64,000 bases of DNA from Candidatus Altiarchaeota archaeon (GCA_038891095.1 JAWAEV010000003.1:31629-95628); one strand, 5' to 3'; counted from the stretch's first letter, positions 8,646 to 18,622 are shown. Notes: generated from the letters alone by a model not told the origin. Program-made: numbers and translations.

Positions 8646-9879
8646 AGGTTTCATCAAAAATCCTCAAAAGTTGATTGTATTTTGCTGTTCTTTCACCTCT
8701 GCAAGGAGCACCTGCCTTTATAAATTTTGCCCCTAGGCCAACACAAAAGTCAGCTATGAATGAATCTTCAGTTTCACCAGAGCGATGCGAAACCATAACT
8801 TGCCAATTATTTTCTTTAGCAATTTTAAATGCTCTAATAGCTTCAGAAATTGTTCCAATTTGATTTATCTTCAAAAGCAAAGAGTTGCAAGCTTTCATAT
8901 GAATTGCTTTTTCTATTCTCGAAACATTTGTAACAAGAAGGTCATCTCCAATAATGTTGATTTCTTTACCAAATTTTTTATTAAATTCAATCCAACTTTG
9001 CCAGTCATCTTGCGCAAATGGATCTTCAAATGAAATTATACAATATTGATCAAGCAAAAGTCTATACTTCTCTATTAATTCTTGCGGCCATAGTGAATTT
9101 CCTTCAACAAGGTACTTACCTTCATTAAAAAATTCTGATGCTGCACAATCCAACCCAAGTTTTATCTTATCCTCATAACCTAAGTCTTCTAAAACATGCG
9201 TTATTAACTCTAAAGGTTCATCAATCTTCCTCATTGGAGGAGCAAAACCACCTTCATCACCAACATTTATTGCTGTTTTACCATAACGTTCTACTATAAA
9301 CTCTTTCAGATTTTGATAAGCTTCGACACAAATTCTTATTCTTTCCCTAAAATTTTCCTCCTCAATTGGAATTATCATATATTCTTGAAAATCTAAGCTG
9401 TTACCAGCATGTTTGCCGCCATTGATAATATTCATTGCTGGAATTGGTAGTGAGAAAATTTCATTATTTGCTAATGCACCAATATATTTGTATAGGGGCA
9501 CTCCTTGTTCAATTGCTGCAATTTTTACAGTAGCAGTACTCACGCTAAGAATAGCATTTGCTCCTAAATTTGATTTATTTTCAGTTCCATCAAGTTCTAT
9601 AAGCAACTTATCAATTTCTTCTTGGTTTCTACAATCTAAACCAACAATTTTTTTTGCAATGACATCATTTACATTTTTTACAGCTTTTAAAACACCTCTA
9701 CCATTAAATCTATCATCTTTGTCTCTTAACTCAACTGCTTCATGTATTCCAGTTGAGGCACCAGATGGAACATCCGCTATTGCAAAATTTTTTTCTGTTC
9801 GAATTTCAACCTCTACTGTTGGATTACCACGAGAATCAAGTATCTCTCTAGCTTTTATTTTTTTAATTTGAAAATCCAC
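8635..9879 (-). CDS. eno: Enolase
   Basis: EILDSRGNPTVE, VPSGASTG, GDEGGFAP, LLKINQIGT, SHRSGET, RTAKYNQL. Confidence 0.98.
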   Translation of the reverse strand: MDFQIKKIKAREILDSRGNPTVEVEIRTEKNFAIADVPSGASTGIHEAVELRDKDDRFNGRGVLKAVKNVNDVIAKKIVGLDCRNQEEIDKLLIELDGTENKSNLGANAILSVSTATVKIAAIEQGVPLYKYIGALANNEIFSLPIPAMNIINGGKHAGNSLDFQEYMIIPIEEENFRERIRICVEAYQNLKEFIVERYGKTAINVGDEGGFAPPMRKIDEPLELITHVLEDLGYEDKIKLGLDCAASEFFNEGKYLVEGNSLWPQELIEKYRLLLDQYCIISFEDPFAQDDWQSWIEFNKKFGKEINIIGDDLLVTNVSRIEKAIHMKACNSLLLKINQIGTISEAIRAFKIAKENNWQVMVSHRSGETEDSFIADFCVGLGAKFIKAGAPCRGERTAKYNQLLRIFDETYGK

Positions 9880-9962
9880 TTTGAATTTTATATTTATTCA
9901 TTTATCAAATGAATTTATAAATCTTTTTTAGTTTTATAGTTATAATGCATTAAATATTAATT

Positions 9963-10039
9963 ACCCCCTCATAGGGTCACCTATGCTGAGAGATGACATA
10001 GTTATATAGATCAATGAAACTTGGAGTTAATGAGGGGGT
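9963..10039. ncRNA. Candidate structured ncRNA of unassigned class
   Basis: Perfect 10-bp closing stem ACCCCCTCAT/ATGAGGGGGT with internal hairpins, in an otherwise very AT-rich intergenic region. Confidence 0.45.
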
Positions 10040-10277
10040 CATAATAGCTCTATATTCTTAAAATTCAAGAGTACTATGAAAACTTTTTTCTAATAACATT
10101 TTGTTTATCTTTTTAGAAATACACAAATGAAAAAGCATAGTGATAATACAACTGGTCAACCTAATGAAAAATAATATGGAAACCAAGAATAGTAAAATTC
10201 AAATAATCAAAATGAAAATGAAATATAATAAGTAATTAAGAAGATTGGAAAATTATAAACTTAACTCTAAATTTAAA

Positions 10278-11507
10278 ATGTTCATTGGTATTGATGATAC
10301 TGATTCAAGAAAAGGTGGTTGCACAACATATATTGCTGCTTTACTATGTGAAAAACTTAAAGTTGTTGGTTATCCAAAGCTGATTCGTTTAAATCCAAAT
10401 ATCCCTTTTAAAACTCGTGGCAATGGTGCCATCTCTCTTAAAATTTTTAATGATGATAAAAAGGCCAAAGAAATTGTTCTTGAAACAGTTGAGAAATTTT
10501 CAAAATTTCCAGATGATGACACAAATCCAGGAGTTGTTTTTCTTTCTGATATAAATTTCAGAAAAAATAAAAAAACCTTAGAAAAATTTTACTTGAAAGC
10601 AGTTTCAGAATTAGTAACAATGAAAGAAGCAGAGAAAATTGCAAAAAAAATAAATGCTGAAGTTTACAAATTCAAGAATGGCAGAGGTATTATTGGAGCA
10701 TTAGCTGCAATAGGTTCAGAATTAGAAAATGATAAAACTTACGAGCTTTTATCTTATAGAATTCCTGAAAATTATGGAAAAAAAAGAAAAATTTTTAATA
10801 ACTCTATTTTTGAGATGAATGAAAGGACATTTCCTGAAACTTTTGACAATATTGATTTTGAGACAGGAGAGATAAGAATATTACCTCATGGCTATGATCC
10901 TGTTTTCTGTGGCATAAGAGGTGAAACTCCAAATGCAGTTGAAAGTGCTTGGAAAATTTTAAAACCTTTGGAGAAAATTGAGAGGATTCAAATTTTCGAA
11001 ACAAATCAAGCAACTGATGCTCATCTAAGAGAAAAAAAAATTTCAAATATAAAGCCTTATGATTGCGTTGTCATTGATGCAATAGTAAGAAAAAAACCAA
11101 AGAAAATCTCTGGAGGTCATGTTATCTTCGAAATTGATGATGGCACCGGAAAAATTGATTGTGCAGCATATAAAAAAACTGGTAATTTTAGGGATTTAGT
11201 AATGAAATTAACTTCTGGAGACAAAATAAGAGTTTTTGGAGGAGTTGCAAAATACATAAAAACAATAAATTTAGAAAAACTTAAAATTTTAAAATTGAAA
11301 AAAATTTTCAAAAAAGAAAAACCATATTGCTGCGGGAGGGTTATGACATCTGCTGGAAAAAACAAAGGTTATAAATGTAGAAAATGTGGTAAACGAGCAA
11401 TTAAAGATAAAATTTTAGAGCTTAAGAGAGATTTAAATCTTGGCTTTTATGAAGTCGCAGTTAGAGCAAGAAGACATATAGCAAAACCTCTTATTAGAAT
11501 GAAGTGA
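10278..11507 (+). CDS. tiaS: tRNA(Ile2) agmatinylcytidine synthetase
   Basis: IGIDDTDS.KGGCTTY, LIRLNPNIPFKTRGNGA, GRGIIGALAA, TNQATD, OB fold, C-terminal zinc ribbon; ATG at 10278 preferred. Confidence 0.96.
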   Translation: MFIGIDDTDSRKGGCTTYIAALLCEKLKVVGYPKLIRLNPNIPFKTRGNGAISLKIFNDDKKAKEIVLETVEKFSKFPDDDTNPGVVFLSDINFRKNKKTLEKFYLKAVSELVTMKEAEKIAKKINAEVYKFKNGRGIIGALAAIGSELENDKTYELLSYRIPENYGKKRKIFNNSIFEMNERTFPETFDNIDFETGEIRILPHGYDPVFCGIRGETPNAVESAWKILKPLEKIERIQIFETNQATDAHLREKKISNIKPYDCVVIDAIVRKKPKKISGGHVIFEIDDGTGKIDCAAYKKTGNFRDLVMKLTSGDKIRVFGGVAKYIKTINLEKLKILKLKKIFKKEKPYCCGRVMTSAGKNKGYKCRKCGKRAIKDKILELKRDLNLGFYEVAVRARRHIAKPLIRMK

Positions 11508-11592
11508 ATCTTAAATAAAATTAATTCGCAGTTCGCTTGGAATTTAGCTGAATCTAAGCTGATGGCTAAGAAGCCTCAAAATTTACTGATAT

Positions 11593-11701
11593 CGGACCCG
11601 GCGGGATTTGAACCCGCGACCTCCGGATTTCTTCCATATTTCTTCTAAAAGAAAATTTTAGCTAGAAGTCCGGTGCCCCGTCCAGGCTAGGCTACGGGCC
11701 C
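11593..11701 (-). tRNA. tRNA-Arg(TCT) with 34-nt intron (11629-11662) at position 37/38
   Basis: GGGCCCG acceptor stem, anticodon arm CCGGA-CT-TCT-A[intron]A-TCCGG, T arm GCGGGTTCAAATCCCGC; intron GAAG pairs with CTTC (BHB). Confidence 0.95.
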
Positions 11702-11732
11702 TTAATATATTATTAGATTTAAGAAAATTATA

Positions 11733-12317
11733 TCAGAAAAGAAAAATTATGGAAATTATTGTTAAACTAAATGGGACTAAAAAGTTATCATCTATCTTAG
11801 GCAACAACTCTACTAAGCCTCCAATTATCGCAAATGTTATTGCTCTTGAAAAATCAACAAAAATTATTGCACCAAAAAAACTTGAAAAAATAAATGCTAA
11901 GAAACCTTCAATTGTTTTTTCTCCAATATTGTGCTTTCCATAAAATTTTCCAATTAGAGTTGAGAATGCATCACCAGTGCTAATAACAATTATAATTGCA
12001 CATGCAACATTTATTGAATTTATAAAAAGAATTGGAAATAAAATTCCAAGACCATACCAAAAAGCACCTTTAAATGGGAAATTAATTATGTTTTCATCCC
12101 TTTCAAAATGGTAAAGAATATGATTAATAATCTTTATTTCAGGAAAAAATTTTGGAATGAGTAGCATTAATATCAAGGCTATTATCAGCGGAATTGCTGT
12201 AATTATTTGACCTATAATAGGCCTTAGAAAATAAACTGCAAAAGTTATCGATAAACCTAAAATTAAATGAAACATCTGCCTTTTAAATTCCAAATTATTG
12301 CTGTTTTTTTTAGACAT
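11733..12317 (-). CDS. Polyprenol/dolichol (phytol) kinase family membrane protein
   Basis: E.KRQ.FH, GD.FSTLIGK.YG, KT.EG, E.....DDN..VP motifs. Confidence 0.88.
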   Translation of the reverse strand: MSKKNSNNLEFKRQMFHLILGLSITFAVYFLRPIIGQIITAIPLIIALILMLLIPKFFPEIKIINHILYHFERDENIINFPFKGAFWYGLGILFPILFINSINVACAIIIVISTGDAFSTLIGKFYGKHNIGEKTIEGFLAFIFSSFFGAIIFVDFSRAITFAIIGGLVELLPKIDDNFLVPFSLTIISIIFLF

Positions 12318-12322
12318 TCTTA

Positions 12323-13570
12323 CTATTCAACTTTTTCCCATCTATTATATGCTTTTCCTTTTAAAAAATCATAAAATGCCGGAAATGTGTGTAATGATGA
12401 AACGAATATTGTATATGGAAAGTAAAAGAATAAAGCAAATAAATTTCTCATATCATATTTGAATCTTATTAACATCATGAATGTATAGAGTAGATATAAA
12501 ACAAATAAAGTAAAAGCAGCTATAAAATATAGATCCATTCTGTAAAAACCAGTAAAAACCCTATAAGCATACTCTATCATACCATAGGCAGAAAGCCATG
12601 AAAAAAAATATCTAAAAACATCAATGCTTATAACATTATTTTTAGAGAAGAAGTATGTAAAATAGCCAGATATCATCGAAAATAAAATTGATGGTATGTA
12701 AACGCTGCAATGAATATACCAATAAAATTGGGTACCCATACCATATAAAAATCTAAAATTTTTGAAGAATAACTTTTTATGTTTCTTCAAAACTTGTAAT
12801 CCTCCGCGACCCCATCTTATCCTTTGCTTAATTAATCCATTTATACTATCCGGAACTTTTGTCCTTATTGTTGCATCCGACATTGCTACTCTATATCCAT
12901 TGGCTCTGAGTTTCAATCCAACATCCACATCTTCAGAAAGAGTATCTGTTGAAAATCCACCTACTTTCCATAGAGCTTCTCTTCTAAAGGCCGCAAATCC
13001 TGGTAGCATATATCCTGCATCAATCTTATCACAAATGTATCTCCAACTTGATGAAATCACATAATCTAAATCCTGAAACCATGTTAGAGGATTCCTACTC
13101 AACTTTGCTCTTATAACTCCTCCAACTGCCATGACATCCTTATCTGAAAACGGACTGCAAATTTTAGTTAGGCCATCTTTTTCAATTTCTGAATCTGCAT
13201 CTAGGATCAGTAGAATTTCATTTTTTGCTTTTTTAATTCCAAAATTTAATGCTTTTGCCTTTCCAAGATGTGGAGTATTGAAAAATTTAACCTCATTATG
13301 GTTTTTGCAAATTCTCATCAAAATATTTTCAGTGTTATCTGTTGAACCATCATTAATCACTATGACCTCCTTCTCTTTAGGATATACTGCTTCTAAAATA
13401 CTTTTTATAGTTCTCTCTATACTCTTTTCTTCATTATGAGCAGGAATTACAATTGAGACATCATAAAATTTCTTCTCATACTGCCTTTTTGGTAATAGAT
13501 AAATTATTATCCAAGATATGTAGAGCCCAGATAAAAAGAAAAATAACAATGTTAGGATTGTGTTATACAT
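12323..13570 (-). CDS. Processive GT2 glycosyltransferase (PgaC/IcaA-like), multi-TM
   Basis: IPAHNEE, NDGSTD, GKA.ALN, DADS, SED, QRIRW; C-terminal TMs; ATG at 13570 preferred. Confidence 0.92.
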   Translation of the reverse strand: MYNTILTLLFFFLSGLYISWIIIYLLPKRQYEKKFYDVSIVIPAHNEEKSIERTIKSILEAVYPKEKEVIVINDGSTDNTENILMRICKNHNEVKFFNTPHLGKAKALNFGIKKAKNEILLILDADSEIEKDGLTKICSPFSDKDVMAVGGVIRAKLSRNPLTWFQDLDYVISSSWRYICDKIDAGYMLPGFAAFRREALWKVGGFSTDTLSEDVDVGLKLRANGYRVAMSDATIRTKVPDSINGLIKQRIRWGRGGLQVLKKHKKLFFKNFRFLYGMGTQFYWYIHCSVYIPSILFSMISGYFTYFFSKNNVISIDVFRYFFSWLSAYGMIEYAYRVFTGFYRMDLYFIAAFTLFVLYLLYTFMMLIRFKYDMRNLFALFFYFPYTIFVSSLHTFPAFYDFLKGKAYNRWEKVE

Positions 13571-13615
13571 TTTGCATTTAATTAATGTTTTTTTATTAAT
13601 TATAGTTAGATAGCA

Positions 13616-14113
13616 ATGGAGAATGAACAAAAAAAGATAGAGTATGCAACTTTAAGGCAAAGAATTTATGCATTACTTATTGATCTATTCTTACTGATGC
13701 TTCCAATTTATTTAGTAACAGTTGTTGTTTGGGATTTTGCTCTTATAATATCAGAGAAAAATTTTCCAGAAATTTATAATGAAATGCAAAGATCTATGAC
13801 ATCGCCAACACCATATATATTACCAGAACTTAGCATTATCTACTATATCCAAACAATTGCTGCATTTTTACTAATCGTTTTATACTTTTCCATATCTGAA
13901 GTAAAAATGGATGGCCAATCTGTTGGGAAGATAATAACTAACATAAAAGTAATTTCTGAAAATTCAAGACGATATAACTTCAAAACTGCATTAACTAGAA
14001 ATTTTCTTAGAATTTTTGATTTTCCTTTTGGTTTTCTCTTAATTTTAAAATCAAAAAAAAGACAGAGACCAGGTGATATATTCACAAAAACAGTAGTTAT
14101 TGTTGATAAGTAA
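13616..14113 (+). CDS. RDD family membrane protein
   Basis: A...QR..A.LID, GQS.GK, RN..R.FD, QR.GD...KT.VI. Confidence 0.92.
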   Translation: MENEQKKIEYATLRQRIYALLIDLFLLMLPIYLVTVVVWDFALIISEKNFPEIYNEMQRSMTSPTPYILPELSIIYYIQTIAAFLLIVLYFSISEVKMDGQSVGKIITNIKVISENSRRYNFKTALTRNFLRIFDFPFGFLLILKSKKRQRPGDIFTKTVVIVDK

Positions 14114-15353
14114 AACTTTTTGGTGTTCTATGCCACCACATACTCTTGTTTAGAGTTGCTTTTATAGTAGCAACACTAAGTGCAATAACCATTGTAATCC
14201 CAATGATGAATATAGCCAAAAAAGATGATGGAAAATTTTTCAAAGATTTTTCTTTTAACATTGCTATAAGCATAGAGAATGCAAAACCCATTGTTATTAA
14301 AAGTGTTGTTAGAAATCTTATTATATCTTCAAATTGAATCTGTTTATGTCCACCAGTGATCCAACCCATTATCCCAAAAAAAGTCATTCCAACTATGAAA
14401 AATGAGAAATAGCTACCTAAGGTTATAAAGCCAATTGGAATTCTCTGTCTAAATGAAAAATTTTTTGAAAATATTTTCTCACTATTTTCTATGAAGGCTC
14501 TAACCATTCCATAGCTCCAACGCATTTGTTGTCTTAAAAATCCTCTAAGTGTATTAGGAACTTCACCAGGATTTACTAAATCTTTTAAAAATTTTATTTT
14601 ATATTTTTTATGCATAAGTTTAATGCTTAAATCAGCATCTTCTGTTATTGAATTTTCATTCCATCCATTAAATTCTTCCAAAACATTTCGCCTTATAGCT
14701 AAACCTGTTCCTCCAAGGAATGTAACTCCCATATTCGAGCTTATATTCATTACAATGTTATAGTATATCATCAATATGGACGAAGCATACTTTGTTATTA
14801 TATTTTGTGTGGCATTCAAAAAACCCATTTTTGACTGAACTGCAGCAATCTCTTCATCATGGATTAATGGATCAATTAATTTTCTTAAAAAATTTCTACT
14901 TGGTGCGAAGTCAGAATCAAATACAACAATAATCTCCCCTTTCGCATATTTCATAGCAGCATTTAAAGCACCAGGTTTAAAGCCATTTCTTGTGCTTCTC
15001 CTGATAATGCTAATATTGCTTCTACTTCTACAATTTTTTACAACTGCATCAATCAATTCAATTGTTCTTTTGTCATCACTATCATCAACAACTTGAATCT
15101 CATATTTATTTTTTGGATAGTTAAAATTTATACAATGCTCAATACATCTTACCACAATAGGATCATTATAAACAGGTATTTGTATTGTTACCATCGGTAA
15201 TCTATTTTTCTTTAATTTCATATTCTTTTCATTTTCTATTCTTTCTCGTGGTAGAATTTCTGCTAATGCTGCAATATAGAAAACAAGTGAGAGAAATACA
15301 ACTGGCAATAAAAAAGTGTGATACAATACTAAGGTCAGTGAATGTATGTCCAT
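14097..15353 (-). CDS. Processive GT2 glycosyltransferase (cellulose/mannan-synthase-like)
   Basis: QIPVYND, DDSDD, GFKPGALN, FDSD, TED, QQMRW, C-terminal RTPK; no PilZ domain evident. Confidence 0.92.
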   Translation of the reverse strand: MDIHSLTLVLYHTFLLPVVFLSLVFYIAALAEILPRERIENEKNMKLKKNRLPMVTIQIPVYNDPIVVRCIEHCINFNYPKNKYEIQVVDDSDDKRTIELIDAVVKNCRSRSNISIIRRSTRNGFKPGALNAAMKYAKGEIIVVFDSDFAPSRNFLRKLIDPLIHDEEIAAVQSKMGFLNATQNIITKYASSILMIYYNIVMNISSNMGVTFLGGTGLAIRRNVLEEFNGWNENSITEDADLSIKLMHKKYKIKFLKDLVNPGEVPNTLRGFLRQQMRWSYGMVRAFIENSEKIFSKNFSFRQRIPIGFITLGSYFSFFIVGMTFFGIMGWITGGHKQIQFEDIIRFLTTLLITMGFAFSMLIAMLKEKSLKNFPSSFLAIFIIGITMVIALSVATIKATLNKSMWWHRTPKSFTYQQ

Positions 15354-15410
15354 TTTATTATTTATTTCTATAATATCAATATATCAACCTAAGTTTAAAA
15401 TATCTATGAT

Positions 15411-16079
15411 ATGAAAAAAGTATATATTGTAGCAGCAGTTCTTTCAATATTTTTTTATCTAATAGGACTATTTTCCGGTTTGTTTATAGAAAGATCAATT
15501 TTTAGCTATACTGAAGATAAAATAGGTATTCTCCAGAAGGAAATAAAGCAATCTGATGAAATTTATTCATCTCTAAATAGAAGGCTTTTAAGCTTGCAGT
15601 TAGAACATGCTTATCTAAGTATAATTGGCAAAGATTTACAATGTAGCTCTTTATCTACATTAGTCCAAGATACAACAAAAAAAGTTTGGGAATTAGGAAA
15701 AGAACTCAATGAAGAAAATCCAAAATTTGATGAGTTGAGAAGAGATTATGCTTTACTTTCAATAAGAGCATGGATTCTTAATAATTATGTGAAGGAGAAA
15801 TGCAGGAATAATGTTACAATAATTCTTTATTTTTACTCAGTTCCATGTGAAGATTGTATTAAACAAGGAGAAATATTAGATAAGTTAAGAGAGGAAAAAT
15901 TCAAAGATAAAATTTTGATTTTTGTTTTAAATTCCGATTTAGACGAGCCAATTGTAAATACATTAAAAACAGCATACTCAATTAAAAAAACACCAAGTTT
16001 GGTTATTGGTGAAAAAACCTATTCTAATCTAATTTCAGAAGAAAATTTAACTAAGATAATTTCTGGAGAATTAGGATGA
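15411..16079 (+). CDS. Membrane-anchored protein with helical region and C-terminal thioredoxin-like fold
   Basis: N-terminal TM; ILYFYS.PCEDC..QG..LD; TPSLVI (cis-Pro position). Confidence 0.8.
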   Translation: MKKVYIVAAVLSIFFYLIGLFSGLFIERSIFSYTEDKIGILQKEIKQSDEIYSSLNRRLLSLQLEHAYLSIIGKDLQCSSLSTLVQDTTKKVWELGKELNEENPKFDELRRDYALLSIRAWILNNYVKEKCRNNVTIILYFYSVPCEDCIKQGEILDKLREEKFKDKILIFVLNSDLDEPIVNTLKTAYSIKKTPSLVIGEKTYSNLISEENLTKIISGELG

Positions 16080-16225
16080 ATCTAAAGGAATTTTTTAAAC
16101 TGAATAAACAAGATATTTTGTTATCAACAGTTTTATCTTCAGTTATGTTAGAGTTACCTCGTATAATGCTAAAAAGTCAAGACATTTTTCTATATTCTTT
16201 TTGGTGCGATTTATATAAATTATAA
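16076..16225 (+). pseudogene. Possible short or decayed membrane-protein gene (MNLKEFFKLNK..., 49 aa)
   Basis: ATGA overlap with upstream stop; hydrophobic coding-like sequence continues in other frames to about 16310. Confidence 0.3.
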
Positions 16226-16402
16226 AAATGGAAATACTATCCTCAAATTCTTCCTTATCTTTTTCAGAATTTAGATTTTTATATGTTTTTAGTCGTTGTG
16301 AGGATATAAAAAATGATCGTTCTCCGCATCTCGAAATAAATATACTGAAATTCAAAGTACAAGTATCAACATATACACAGAATAAAAAAGATTTAATTTA
16401 AA

Positions 16403-17713
16403 ATGGCTTTTGAAAATCTAAGCGAAGGTTTAAGAAATGCAATAAACTCTCTTAGGAAAGCTGTAGTACTTGATAAAAAAACTGTTAAGGAATACACTAA
16501 GGAGATACAGAAAACTTTACTTTCTGCAGATGTAAATGTAAAACTTGTTTTTGAATTAACTAAGAGGATTGAAGAGCGTGGTCTTTTGGAAAAGCCACCT
16601 GGAGCATTAACAAAAAAGGAAAATTTGATAAGAATAACCTATGAAGAACTGGTAAATTTACTTGGCGAAAATGTCTCTTTAGAGCTTAAAGATGGTCAGA
16701 AAATTTTACTTGTTGGAACTCAGGGTTCTGGAAAAACAACTACAGTTGCAAAATTGGCAAAATTTTTAAAAAAGCATGGTTTTAACCCAAAGATAATTTG
16801 TGCAGATACTTTTAGAGCGGCAGCATATGAGCAGTTAAAGCAATTGAGCCAAGAAATAGATGTTTCATTTTATGGAAATCCAAATGAAAAAAATGCTATA
16901 AAAATAATAAATGATGGTTTAAAAGAGCTGAAGAGTGGAATTTTTTTAATTGATTCTGAAGGTAGACATAGTTTAGATAATAAACTTATGAATGATATTA
17001 AAGAAATTTGCAAAAATATAAAAATCGACAAAACATTTCTTGTTTTAGATGCAACAATTGGTCAAGCAGCTGGAGAGCAAGCAAAGGCATTCAAAAATGT
17101 TTGTAATGTTGATGGCATCATCCTAACAAAACTTGATGGAACTGCAAAGGGAGGTGGTGCGTTATCAGCATGTAAAGAAACTAATACATATGTTTATTTT
17201 ATTGGTACGGGAGAACATATTGATGACTTTGAGGAATTTAATGCTAAGAGATTTGTATCAAAGTTATTGGGTTTTGGAGACATTCAGGGGTTATTAGAAA
17301 AAGCTAAAGAAGTTAAAATTGATGAAGAATCTGCTGAAAGATTTATTAGCGGTGAATTTACCTTAGTTGATCTGCAACAACAAATTGAACAGATAAGTAA
17401 ATTAGGGCCATTGAAAAAAGTTATGGAGATGATGCCTTTTGGCTTTAACATACCTAAAAATTTGCTTGAAATTCAGGAAGAAAAACTTAAAAAATTTAAG
17501 GTTGCAATGCAATCAATGACTAAGGAAGAAAAGGAAAATCCGGAAATTATAAGAGGTTCAAGAATAGAAAGAATTGCAAAAGGTTCAGGTATTAAACAAG
17601 AAGAAGTTCGAGAATTATTAAGCTATTATAAAAAAATGAAAAAACTCACAAAGATGATGAGCAATGAAAGAAAGATGAAAATGCTAATGCAAAAGTTTGG
17701 TATGGGTACTTAA
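16403..17713 (+). CDS. srp54: Signal recognition particle protein SRP54
   Basis: GTQGSGKTTT, DTFRAAA, TKLDGTAKGGGA, M domain SMT.EE..NP, SRI.RIA.GSG. Confidence 0.97.
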   Translation: MAFENLSEGLRNAINSLRKAVVLDKKTVKEYTKEIQKTLLSADVNVKLVFELTKRIEERGLLEKPPGALTKKENLIRITYEELVNLLGENVSLELKDGQKILLVGTQGSGKTTTVAKLAKFLKKHGFNPKIICADTFRAAAYEQLKQLSQEIDVSFYGNPNEKNAIKIINDGLKELKSGIFLIDSEGRHSLDNKLMNDIKEICKNIKIDKTFLVLDATIGQAAGEQAKAFKNVCNVDGIILTKLDGTAKGGGALSACKETNTYVYFIGTGEHIDDFEEFNAKRFVSKLLGFGDIQGLLEKAKEVKIDEESAERFISGEFTLVDLQQQIEQISKLGPLKKVMEMMPFGFNIPKNLLEIQEEKLKKFKVAMQSMTKEEKENPEIIRGSRIERIAKGSGIKQEEVRELLSYYKKMKKLTKMMSNERKMKMLMQKFGMGT

Positions 17714-17758
17714 AGCATTTAAATACTAAATTAATAATAATAATTAATAATAAACGAA

Positions 17759-18622
17759 ATGGAACTATCAACGAGCAATATTTTAGGCGTTGTAAATACT
17801 GTTCTTATGTCCATATTGTTACTCTCATTTATTGTATATATCATCACTACTGAAAAAACTACTCCTGCCAAGATAACTACCACAACTTCTGTTGAAACTT
17901 TTCTAAAGTTGTATCTTTGCCCGGATGGAGAAACTATTATATATGATAAATCAAAATGTCCTGAAACTGATATAGAAATAGCTAACTGCGAGAAGCTTTT
18001 CGTCGGAGACTATTCTAATAGTAGAGATAGCTGCTTCTCGTACCTTGCTCAAATTAGAAATGATAGCTCATTATGTAATAGAATTATATCACCATATACT
18101 AGGGAAGAATGTTTCTTCGATTTAGCTCAATACAATAATGACATTACTTTATGCAATAGAATAACAACAAGTTCTAAAAAGGGCGAATGTTTTGCTAATA
18201 TAGCTGTTACATTAGATGAACTCAAAACTTGTAACCTAGCTGGAGCTGCACGAGACTATTGTTATAAATACTATGCCTCTAAAACAATAAATCCCTCTGC
18301 TTGTGACTTTATGACATCATACTATGAGAGAGATAATTGTTATTCCTCTATGGTTTATTACTTAAAAAATATTTCGCTTTGTGATAAGATAACTACAATT
18401 TCGAGTAGGGATTCTTGTTATTCAGACTATGCGACCTCTAACTACGATGTAAAAGGTTGTGATAAACTAACAAACAACTATATAAGAGATAATTGTTATC
18501 GAACTTTGGCAAGATATCTATCAAATCCAACAATTTGTGAGAAGATAAGCACAGAAGCAGGAATAAAAATCTGTAAAGAATACATTAGTATGCCAACTAC
18601 TACTTATATGTACTACAGATAA
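17759..18622 (+). CDS. Membrane-anchored Cys-rich repeat protein (about 8 repeats of ~26 aa)
   Basis: N-terminal TM, Thr tract, YLCPDG mini-motif, repeats C..I......D.C[YF]...A. Confidence 0.82.
   Translation: MELSTSNILGVVNTVLMSILLLSFIVYIITTEKTTPAKITTTTSVETFLKLYLCPDGETIIYDKSKCPETDIEIANCEKLFVGDYSNSRDSCFSYLAQIRNDSSLCNRIISPYTREECFFDLAQYNNDITLCNRITTSSKKGECFANIAVTLDELKTCNLAGAARDYCYKYYASKTINPSACDFMTSYYERDNCYSSMVYYLKNISLCDKITTISSRDSCYSDYATSNYDVKGCDKLTNNYIRDNCYRTLARYLSNPTICEKISTEAGIKICKEYISMPTTTYMYYR

Noticed and set aside
9963-10039. Fluoride riboswitch upstream of enolase, canonical TPP riboswitch, hammerhead, or ORB origin box
   Set aside because: The GAGAUG/UAAUGA-like words lie on the strand opposite eno and lack the pseudoknot complement; TPP P4/P5 and hammerhead core geometry do not match; the G-strings point outward with no ORB dyad. 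Kept only as an unassigned element
10058-10246. Hydrophobic minus-strand reading frame interrupted by TGA (possible recoding or pseudogene)
   Set aside because: No start codon or family similarity; TGA is used as a normal stop by many genes in the window
11508-16400. Integrated element at tRNA-Arg(TCT)
   Set aside because: No integrase, and no duplicated tRNA 3' end was seen for any of the three tRNAs
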